DNA of 41,194 bases from Trichomonas gallinae (lineage: Eukaryota): positions 1-41,194 of the forward strand of contig MRSU01003427.1 in NCBI GenBank assembly GCA_008369845.1, written 5' to 3'. Shown in pieces: positions 31,719 through 40,679 of this stretch (position 1 is its first letter; the number at the start of each line of letters is the position of its first letter). The notes beneath the pieces are model-generated. The model was not told the origin of the DNA. It saw only the letters and a program-made list of their open reading frames with translations, and did no database searches. Position numbers and translations under genes: made by a program.

Positions 31719-33323
31719 TTAAGATGAGAATCTATATAAAGCACCTCTAAGCCACCCAGGCTGTTGAACACGTCTAATTTGAACATTTTCGGCTTCTTCG
31801 TCTTCGTCGTATGGATATTCAGTTAATGTTGGTTGTGGTTGAGTATCAACTATCTCCTGGTATATAGTCTGTATAGTTTCAACGATAGGTTCGATGTAAA
31901 TATCTTCATCATGTAATCTTTCATATTCCATAACTGGATCTTTTCTGTTTCTCAGTTTGTATAATTCCTTAAGCATTTCTTCTATCCTTGCTTTTTCTTC
32001 CTCTATCTCTGTTAGCTTTTCATTTGCAGTTTTTTCTGCTAATTGAGCTTTAAACATACTGGAATTGATTTTATCGCGCTTTTGGTCCAACTCTTGTTTA
32101 GCCTTTTCAATAGCTATGCTTTGTTGTTCGAATTTTGTGCTCATTTCTTTAAATTCTTCGATTGACATATTTAAGATTTTAGCGCGGATGCTTGCTTCAC
32201 CATTCCATTTATTCTGCAGCTCATGCAATTCATTTTCACGACGAGCTAACTCATTTTTATCGTTATTTATAACTTTCTTTAATCTTTCGATTTCAGATTT
32301 AAGCTGTTCATTGATTCTTTTGTCTTTTTCGAATTGCTCATCAATAGCATATTCAGTGCTATGATTGAGTTGTTCGATAAGCTCTGCTTTTTCCGTCTCT
32401 AAATTGGAAATTGCTTTTTGATATTCGCTTTTTTGTGTTTCAAGCTGTGATTTAAGTTGTTTGATCTGATTTTGAAGATGTTCAACTGTTCCAGATACAT
32501 CATTCCATTTGTTCTGCAGCTCATGTAATTCATTTTCGCGACGAATCAACTCATTTTTATCATCATTTAATTCTTTCTTTAACTTTTCGATTTCAGCTTT
32601 AAGCTGTTCATTTATACTTTTGTCTTCTTCGAATTGTTCAGTTATTATTTCTTCGGTACTATGTTTGAGCGTATTTTGAATCTGTTCTGTTTTACCAATG
32701 AATTTATCGTTTGTCGTATAATCGAAAGTTAAACGAAGCGGTCGAATTGGTCGTATAACAAATCTAGATAACTTATTTGGATCTACTTTGTGAAATTGCC
32801 TGATTTCTTGGTATTCTGGATCATGAATTTGTGAAAATTTGAAAAGAGATTCTTTAAAACCTTCACTCCAACTAATAACGAGCAGTGCATTATGAAAGTC
32901 TTCGGAATTTACTTTGTATTTACTATCAATTTCAATTTGCAATAAATCTTTTATTACAGACGAAGCTCCTGGTCTAATCATTAACAATGGAAGCATTTTC
33001 ATGAATTTTTGTGGAGCATAACGAATGCATTCTGTGAGTAAGTAATTATTTACGAGTTTTTCTTTCCCTTGTAAATCAAATGCATTATTGAAGAGTATTG
33101 ATATTGATTCTCTAATATATTTATGATTTTGATGCAAAAATAGCTGAAGATATTGTCTGATTTCAGTCGATAAAGCAAGTTCTGCAATTTTTTGTTGATC
33201 GAACTCCATCGAGATGAGCTCCCTTGCTAGTTCAACTGGGTAGTTACTATAACTTGCCTTTCTCAAAATGGTTAAAAAAGTATCCATCTGGTTTTTTATT
33301 TTTAAACGTAGATGAGGGTCCAT
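31719..33323 (-). CDS. Hypothetical protein: N-terminal helical domain plus coiled coil with an internal duplication
   Basis: 1.6-kb ORF with a coiled-coil C-terminal half. True start may be the second Met (ATG at 33287, MDTFL) because the first ATG lies inside the repeat array. Confidence 0.82.
   Translation of the reverse strand: MDPHLRLKIKNQMDTFLTILRKASYSNYPVELARELISMEFDQQKIAELALSTEIRQYLQLFLHQNHKYIRESISILFNNAFDLQGKEKLVNNYLLTECIRYAPQKFMKMLPLLMIRPGASSVIKDLLQIEIDSKYKVNSEDFHNALLVISWSEGFKESLFKFSQIHDPEYQEIRQFHKVDPNKLSRFVIRPIRPLRLTFDYTTNDKFIGKTEQIQNTLKHSTEEIITEQFEEDKSINEQLKAEIEKLKKELNDDKNELIRRENELHELQNKWNDVSGTVEHLQNQIKQLKSQLETQKSEYQKAISNLETEKAELIEQLNHSTEYAIDEQFEKDKRINEQLKSEIERLKKVINNDKNELARRENELHELQNKWNGEASIRAKILNMSIEEFKEMSTKFEQQSIAIEKAKQELDQKRDKINSSMFKAQLAEKTANEKLTEIEEEKARIEEMLKELYKLRNRKDPVMEYERLHDEDIYIEPIVETIQTIYQEIVDTQPQPTLTEYPYDEDEEAENVQIRRVQQPGWLRGALYRFSS
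32201..32669. repeat. Intragenic direct duplication: ~170-bp copies at 32201-32369 and 32501-32669 (300-bp offset)
   Basis: cattccatttattctgcagctcatgcaattcattttcacgacga vs cattccatttgttctgcagctcatgtaattcattttcgcgacga; the protein repeats HSTE...EQFE.DK.INEQLK.EIE.LKK...DKNEL.RRENELHELQNKWN. Confidence 0.92.
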
Positions 33324-33510
33324 ATCCTTAAATGCCCCCTAAATTAAAAATAATATGGTAGACCCTATTTTAAAAAAATGAGGGGAAGTATCTTCAAAAC
33401 CCCTTTATAATTTTTATTGCAGGGTAGACCCTAATTTTCGAAAAATAAATGAGGGGATGAATTTAAAAGACCCCTTAAATTATATTCCAGGGTAGACCCT
33501 ATTTTAAAAA
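33312..33510. repeat. Degenerate ~66-70-bp tandem array of GC-rich palindromic motifs in a divergent promoter
   Basis: GGTAGACCCTA at 33357, 33423, 33491; ATGAGGG at 33312, 33378, 33449; CCCCT at 33336, 33400, 33471; linkers are AT-rich and variable. Confidence 0.88.
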
Positions 33511-33516
33511 ACAAAA

Positions 33517-33831
33517 ATGGAAGAGGACGACGTTGTGTTCGAAACAATGCCATCATCTGGTATAGCTAAAGATACGACGTTATTCTATTGCATCATCGTT
33601 TCGATTTCTATTTTAGTTGGCACACTTACAGGAATTATGATTGATACAATGAATTACGCGTCAAAAACATCATACACGATTAGCGCTTCGCTTTGGTGTG
33701 AATCTTTCTTGATTTCATTGGCAGCCATTGTATTGCTTCGCAATTCGAATTATTTCCTTCCATTGATTCTGATTTCAGTCTTCTTTGAATCAACAGGATT
33801 ATACATTGTCGTCAAGAAATATTTCTCATAA
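33517..33831 (+). CDS. Small hypothetical membrane protein (104 aa, ~3 TM helices)
   Basis: AAAA-ATG context; three hydrophobic stretches (LFYCIIVSISILVGTLTGIMI, LWCESFLISLAAIVLL, FLPLILISVFFESTGLYIVV); stop within TAAA. Confidence 0.7.
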   Translation: MEEDDVVFETMPSSGIAKDTTLFYCIIVSISILVGTLTGIMIDTMNYASKTSYTISASLWCESFLISLAAIVLLRNSNYFLPLILISVFFESTGLYIVVKKYFS

Positions 33832-34657
33832 AAATTGTTTAGTAAACAAAATTATTATCGAAAATTATCTCCTAACATACTTTCACGTCAAATTCGAAAT
33901 ATAGGTTTATTTTAGATATATACTAATAGTACCAAATGGAAAATTATATAAATAAAAAATTAGAATATCAACAAATAAATATTGTATAGCACCTTGAACT
34001 TCCATACGTGATATGATAGATTTTCATTGGTGTTGTATTTTATATCCCCACAAGAATAATATTACAATATTAAGTTTTTAAAGAATATATAATTTATAAT
34101 ATTTCAGTAATATATAATAGAATGAACTCAAGGAATCTGCAATCAATCGATGTATGAGGTTTTAAATGAGAAATTGTTTCTTCATTAGACGATTATGAAC
34201 TCGAAATAAATTTTCTATTGACTTCCACATTTGATATTTGGTTTAATATCATTTACACAACAAAATAAAACCATATAATGAATGCTGCAGACATAGCATT
34301 GTAGGATTAAAAGTTGAAAATTGCATTAATTCAAATTTGAAATTATTTGTATAAACTTTTATTTGTTGAAATTTCCTTGATATCATAATTTTTACATTTA
34401 TCTAAATCATTGAAACAATAGTATATTAAGAATCACACAAAATTGTCATGAAACCTTTTTAAAATAACAATTCTATGATTAGATAAATTTTTGAATTAAG
34501 ACATATAATCATATTTGTAATGATTGGACAAATACATAATAATAAAAACAAAAAAATATATCTATTTATGTTAGTTTTGATCAGCTTATATATATATAAA
34601 TCGAGAAAAATTAAATTAAAATCAGTGATGCGTTGTCACTTTTACGATAATTGTAAA

Positions 34658-35611
34658 ATGTCTCGCGCTTTGAAGCTTGAGGATCCTTTGGGCGAAAATC
34701 CACCACTTCAGACGCCATGCTTCGTTGTTCCTGCTGATACTGGCCTTATGCCTAACATCACACCTGATATGTCAGATGATTTTCCTTTATTTTATTACGC
34801 TGGTGATTTTTATAAAACATTTTTGCCGAAAGGTATTAGAGCAAGTGACGCCCTTGGCCTAGGAAAGCGTTGGATTTTCTTTGGACCTGCATCAGACTTC
34901 TATAACTTTGACGAAGGACCAAATAAAAATGGAGTTCGCTTATATCAGAGAAATAGTACGTTGATAATCATAACAAACGAAGAATATGGTGAACTCGTTG
35001 ATCTCATCAAACCACAAGGAACAGTTTCGTTATATTCACATCTTCCCGAAAATTGTTCCGGAAGACAAAAGAATTTAAGAACAACAATTAATCAACAGTT
35101 CGCAAAAGAGTATAGCAATACAATCAACTTTACAGTTCAAACAGCAGAAAAGCCAGAAACCGGATTTTTCGCACAATATCCTTTATTCACCGAGAAAGTT
35201 GCCGAAGAAGTATTAGAAATACTCAAAACAAGGAATTCCGAAGCTCCAAGAATGCTTTACTGTGACGGTCATCCATCAGATATTAGAAGAGCCATTGATA
35301 CCGGTTTTGACATCATTGTCGCTCGTTACCCAGTATATATGGCTGATCACGGCTATGCATTGAACTTTGAATTTGAAAGAGGAAAAGAATCAGATTCGTT
35401 GGGTCTTGATTTAAGGTCAAGAGAGTTTGAGCATGATCATAAACCACTTGTTGAAGGTTGCACATGCATTTGCTGCCGCAATCACTCGAGATCTTATTTA
35501 CATCATTTATTGAACGTTCATGAACTTCTTGCACATGTTTTCCTCACTCAGCACAATCTCTATCACTACAATAGATTCTTCAAATACATTCAAAACGAAT
35601 TATCAAAATAA
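34658..35611 (+). CDS. QTRT2: Queuine tRNA-ribosyltransferase family protein, probably the non-catalytic accessory subunit (QTRT2/QTRTD1-like)
   Basis: N-terminal QTPCF..PA..G..P.ITPD; C-terminal Zn site PLVEGCTCICCRNHSRSYLHHLLNVHELLAHVFLTQHN; no DSGGFQ motif, and GFDIIVA replaces G.DMFDC. Start moved to 34658, 17 nt after TCACT (34636-34640). Confidence 0.85.
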   Translation: MSRALKLEDPLGENPPLQTPCFVVPADTGLMPNITPDMSDDFPLFYYAGDFYKTFLPKGIRASDALGLGKRWIFFGPASDFYNFDEGPNKNGVRLYQRNSTLIIITNEEYGELVDLIKPQGTVSLYSHLPENCSGRQKNLRTTINQQFAKEYSNTINFTVQTAEKPETGFFAQYPLFTEKVAEEVLEILKTRNSEAPRMLYCDGHPSDIRRAIDTGFDIIVARYPVYMADHGYALNFEFERGKESDSLGLDLRSREFEHDHKPLVEGCTCICCRNHSRSYLHHLLNVHELLAHVFLTQHNLYHYNRFFKYIQNELSK

Positions 35612-36244
35612 AATTTATTTCATTTGTTGTCTTTTATCTAAAATTACTAAGTTTTAATGCATGTTGATATATAACTTAAACAAGTGAATAATCAAATTCA
35701 CTTCATTTTCCACTTGGAGAAATGACATATAAAACTGTAAGGATTTTACATGACAAATCCATGGCATCTTTTTTTTTCACTCAATAATTCATCGTAATCC
35801 GACAAATATGAATTACGTTTTAGTATTACCTACTCAAAATGATTATTATCCATACCATAGTTTGTGTATTCGTTCTAAAATGGTGGGTCAAATTCGAAAT
35901 TGGATTCTCAGTGATCAGATTTGGATAAATCAATGAAATGGCATCTGTTTGTATTTGTGGAGACATCATTATCATCTTTTTTTACGTTCAATTTAATTTC
36001 GAATCTTGAATCAGTATATAAGGTCAAATATAATATAAAATAACTATATATATGTTGCACATCACATATTAAGAGCAATTCATGCATATAATGCAATATT
36101 TGATGATTTTGATTGACGTGTGAGGGCATTAGGCGGATCAGGTATGTTTAACACATGAAGTTTTTTATCGCAATAATACAAATAGTAGAAAAATATAAAT
36201 ATATAGTATTTCCGCAAATGAGGAGAAACCAATAATATTAATAG

Positions 36245-36730
36245 CTATTCAGTCTGCTGTGGTTGGAATGTAGTTGTGATGAGCGGCGGTGGTATATAAT
36301 AAACAATATGAATGTTTGAATTGGTGTTGAGAAGTGAGCTAATATTTACAGTTTGGAGAGGTTGCTTAATCAAGACAGGATTTTGTGTGATAGCTGTTTG
36401 CAATATTTCTGCGTTTTGTTTCAGTTTCTTGCGTTTTAATAGTGAATATCTGTTTTTGATATTAACAGTAGTTTTATTTGGTAAAAATTCTTTGATTTTA
36501 GTCCATTTTCCACCATACTCATTATATTTTTCTTCTAATATACGATCGTCATCTGCTGTCCAAGGCGAAGTCGCAACATTTGGAGATAAATAATGTGTCC
36601 ATCTTTCACGACACTGTCTTGGAGTTCTATTTTTTAGGTGTTGTGATATTTCCTTCCAATGATGAAGGCCCAACTCATTAACAAGACTTATTATGATCAT
36701 ATCCTCATCTTTTGTAAATTTCTTCTTCAT
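36245..36730 (-). CDS. R2R3 Myb-like DNA-binding protein
   Basis: KFTKDED...W.EIS..LKNRTPRQCRERWTHYLSP and PWTADDD.IL......YGGKWTKI...LPNKT...IKNRY: two Myb repeats of the expanded trichomonad family. Confidence 0.95.
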   Translation of the reverse strand: MKKKFTKDEDMIIISLVNELGLHHWKEISQHLKNRTPRQCRERWTHYLSPNVATSPWTADDDRILEEKYNEYGGKWTKIKEFLPNKTTVNIKNRYSLLKRKKLKQNAEILQTAITQNPVLIKQPLQTVNISSLLNTNSNIHIVYYIPPPLITTTFQPQQTE

Positions 36731-36750
36731 ACTAATCTGGAAATGCTGTC

Positions 36751-36758
36751 AAACCGTT
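36751..36758 (-). promoter_or_regulatory. M3/Myb-recognition element AACGGTTT upstream of the Myb gene
   Basis: Plus strand aaaccgtt reads AACGGTTT on the coding strand, 20 nt before the ATG at 36730. Confidence 0.5.
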
Positions 36759-39240
36759 TTTTGGGAGGACTACGCGGATAATTTAAATATGATTAATCAT
36801 ATTATATATGATTTTAGCACCGTCAGGTATTTTCTTTCAAAACAACTTTTTTTGAAAAATTACTAGTTTCTCCATGCATTATTTTATGTTTTCACTTTCG
36901 AATTTTTTTTTTAAAATCAAAAATTTCATAAATGGTTTACGGGCGCAAAAGCAATATTAATTATTTCAAAGTAATATTATCACAATGTATTATATCAAAT
37001 TATGTTATTTTTTCAATTGAGTGTGAAATTATCGTTAAACATCACAAAAATCTAATCAAAAAATCTGCTAAAAACAGTCTATAAAGTGTATAAAATATTT
37101 TAATAGCTTAAAAATTTCAATAAATAGCTTTTAAAAAAATTCAAAAGGAAATAATCGGACTACTAAGTCTATGAATTGTATAAAAGTGGTTTTATACATA
37201 GTCGTATTAAATTATATTTCTGCTGATTTTTGTTATACATTTATTAAATTATTCGCGTTTATTCTTGCTTTTGAAAACTTTGTGATCCCATTAATTAAAT
37301 GTTTGTTAATGAGCTAAGGATGATAATATAATTCAGCTTTTTAATATTATTTTCGATTTTCAATTTTTTTTGTGAAAGATTGAGAATTTAGTTGATTAAA
37401 TCAAAAAAATATGTAATATATTATTCTCATGTCATAATCTAAATAATTATAAGAAAATCAGCCGACCAATTTATATCTTTTTATAATTATTCAAATCCAG
37501 GATTTTATTACATTGGCCTATGGTAAACCGAAATTCCAAAACTTTAGAGCTTTAATAATTTTTTTTATGAATTAATAAATGATAAGATTATTCAATGAAT
37601 AATATTTCTTCTCCTTGAGCTAATCTACTAGTTTTATTTATTTAAATTTCTTAGAACTTTTGGCTTCTGATTAAAAAAAAAAATATTAATCAAGATAGCG
37701 ATCTTGACAGTAGATATTATAACATATTATCATGTGTTTTGATCAATTTTTGACTTTTCTAGCCTTGAAGTTTTTGATTATAGAGAACAAATTATTGATT
37801 TTGAGAAATATTGCATTATAGGCTATTTGAGATTGATGTATAGGTCTTTTAATTTCGTAAGAGCTAAACCGTAATGATTTGTGGTGTATAATGCTTGACA
37901 TATTATTATAATTTAGGATTATTTAAGTATCATCGATCGATTAGTGAAATGAAGTTCATCATATTTTTATTATTTCTATCACAAGGAACTGTTTGAGCTT
38001 GGAGAAATGAAACTAGATAAATCATAATTACATTTTTAATTGATTAATTAAGAATACATCATGTTACATAGGTACAACGATTTTGCTGAAGTTAAACTTT
38101 GAGTTCAAGACATCTATTTTGAGTTCTGATTCTTGATAAAAATTTCTCGATTTACAAATAATTTGGCATCACACGTGTCAAACATTCGAACATATGAATG
38201 ATTTATGCACACTTCAACGCACGAAGATATACTTTGCACCTTGGATTGTTGGAGAATTCAAAAACAAAAATTAACAAAACTCGTATTTTTCATGAACTAC
38301 TCAATATTCAAACGATGTAGACACAACTGAATCCGAGTCCTTTAATTTTTTTTTTACCTTGAGACGAAACTTTTCATGAAACTAATTGAATTAAGTATTT
38401 GATACGTAATCAAAAATATTATCATAACCTTTCAATTTTTATCCTCATTTTTCATTAAAACATGTTATCAAAAATAAATCTATTTTCAATTTCCGAATAA
38501 AACTGTCATTTTCAAAAATACGATTATTTTCCCTTCAAATTTCATAGCAAGTATAAATTAAAAATATCCATTTATCCTATAATATATATATTTTCACGCA
38601 TTTTCCCAATGCTTACACGCCCGTATAATTTTGAAAAGTAAAAATTTGAACCATCACTGTTGCTCAGAAGCGCGATAATACAATGTAATATTACTTTTAA
38701 TTTCATTTAGCAACAAAATAATTTGATTCAATGCACTAATAAGTTTTCAATAAATTTACACATTCATTATTTCAGATGTTAATCTATGAAATACATCTTG
38801 AAATCATCTGGCTAGTAATATTCTTGCGAGATTCATAAATTTTATACTAAATTTTGAAATTTTTATTGTTTTTTCCTTCGAGTTGAACCATAAGTGTTCC
38901 ACACAAGCATTGCCTTGCTTTACTGAATATGATTACATTCATCTTATGGTTTAATTCATCCTTATCTGTCCTTCAGATTGATGAATGATCGCGATGGCTA
39001 CAAACCATGTGATTTAATTCCTAAATGTCTGCGTATAATAAATCCCTTTTCATAATGCAAAAATATGAATCTTGCAGCCATTTTCGTATTGTTGATTAAT
39101 CAAAATAGAAATTTTCTAATAAATGATATTCATAAATCAAATACATATGTTTTAGCATATATTGCATACACAGCTAAGCCTTGCTATCAATACAATCCAA
39201 ATTTCCAATTTAAAATAATCCTTACTTCATTTTGGAATTC

Positions 39241-39851
39241 AAAAACAGCTTCAGTTGTCTCCTAAATGATAATTACCCAATAGTAGATTCAAATGGTCAA
39301 ACTACTAGGTTAGGAATTTCAGGTTATCAACATGATCACACGCAAGGACCATATTAAGCAATTGCATGTGGTTCAGCATTACTACATAGAAACTATTTCC
39401 ACGATGCAGGACATGGAAAAGTTCAACAAATTAGATAAATCATCAATCAAAGTTAAAAATGGATGCACATTGATTCCCAAAAAAGATGAAAACAGGATGC
39501 TATCGTTTAATTTCACGGATCTTTCGAAATAAAGCGCTTATTAATCTCAAAATAGCAGAGAGTCTCCTAGAAGCTGAGTATAAAGCATCTATCCTTCAAG
39601 CATGGGATAACTCAAAAGTATTTCCAAATCTATTAGGATCAGAGAAATTATTTTTAATTTTAGTAGGTGGTGGAGTTTTCAAGAATCCACTTAGTCTTAT
39701 TTGCGAGAAAATTGCCAAGCAAACAGATCTTATTGTTAATTCTGGTTTAGAAGTTTATGCTGTTTGTTTCACAAATTCTACATTCAAAAATGTTAATAGA
39801 TATCTTGAACGGTCTATGAAACAGACAAATGAATCTGTTATTCAGGCTTGA
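39241..39851 (+). pseudogene. Frameshifted pseudogene of a macrodomain/PARG-like protein family
   Basis: Three successive frames: KNSFSCLL...GISGYQHDHTQGPY*AIACGSALLHRNYF (TAA at 39355-39357); FNKLDKSSIKVKNG...FNFTDLSK; IAESLLEAEYKASILQAWDNS...KLFLILVGGGVFKNP...SGLEVYAVCF...VIQA*. Confidence 0.75.
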
Positions 39852-40649
39852 TTTCTTAGAAAAATATCTTTTCACGAAAGATATTTCGAAAATTATTGTC
39901 TTGACCGATTTTCATAGTAAGTATATAACTTTTAGTTAGACTGTACATATATACACGATATTATTGATTTAAGTGCTATTTTTGTCGATTTTTTCGAATG
40001 ATGTTTTTTAGATGTTTTAAAACATATGGAAACATGATGTTTCTATGTTGTCATAGTATTAAATTATTTGTGAGCAATATATTATTTGCCATGACAGGCA
40101 TCAAAAACCATAAAAATTAATTTTGAAATTAAATTTCAGAGGATGCTTACTTTTATTTGTAGAATATAATATAGAATTGATATGTATTTGTTTGGTATTA
40201 ATTTGGAACAATCTCAATGATTCCAGCAAATTCTCCTTTTCACATAAACTTGTCACGAACGCGTCTTTTAGCGTGAAAAAGTTTATATAGAATAGAATAA
40301 TATATTTACATAAAGAAAAAGAAATCATGATTATGATGCGAGAAATATTTTTTTGCTTTCTGAGTAATATTTTTGAAACTCACAAAAAATGCATATATAG
40401 CCATATGCTGTCGTATTGCATCAAGAGAACGCGATCGCCAAACATTCTCTCAATTGTTTAAAACCTTCTATCAAAAGTTTCAGAAAAACAGCCAAACCAT
40501 CGATTTATGCATCTCTTTCAAAACAATTTGTGTCCATCTGCATGTCCTACATGTATATGATGTGTGTAGAGGATCAATGCCCATTGAATTTGTGACAAGT
40601 TAAGAAAAATTGAGGGACAGTGAAAATCGAAAAATGACATCGAAGCACT

Positions 40650-40660
40650 TCAGTTCATTT
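40650..40660 (+). promoter_or_regulatory. Initiator element (TCAGT-TCATTT) of the MFS transporter gene
   Basis: TCATT at 40655-40659, 20 nt before ATG 40680. Confidence 0.5.
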
Positions 40661-40679
40661 TCAAGAAAGGCATCTTAAT

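Noticed and set aside
1354..33323. Idea of a functional cytoskeletal/trafficking gene cluster (coiled coils, LRR, NEDD1-like, Arl, PX)
   Set aside because: These families are abundant in trichomonad genomes, orientations are mixed, and nothing in the sequence indicates co-regulation.
33312..33510. CRISPR-like reading of the repeat/linker array
   Set aside because: Conserved boxes are only ~10-12 bp, linkers are related to each other, there are no cas genes, and the context is eukaryotic.
1520..36593. Numerous antisense or alternate-frame ORFs overlapping the long genes (e.g. 2183-2539, 6023-6523, 17437-17814, 24509-24847, 32065-32364)
   Set aside because: Shadows of codon bias in the real CDSs (S/F/L-rich), with no recognisable motifs.
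991..36772. 14-bp match TTTTGGGAGGACTA at 991 and 36759
   Set aside because: Isolated match with no flanking similarity; plausible by chance in 41 kb.
37690..37707. Hairpin TCAAGAT-AGCG-ATCTTGA
   Set aside because: Single 7-bp stem in AT-rich DNA with no associated feature.
37949..38300. Signal-peptide-like MKFIIFLLFLSQGTV*AW suggesting a decayed secreted protein
   Set aside because: Stops immediately, alternative frames look equally plausible, and no consistent downstream motifs were found.
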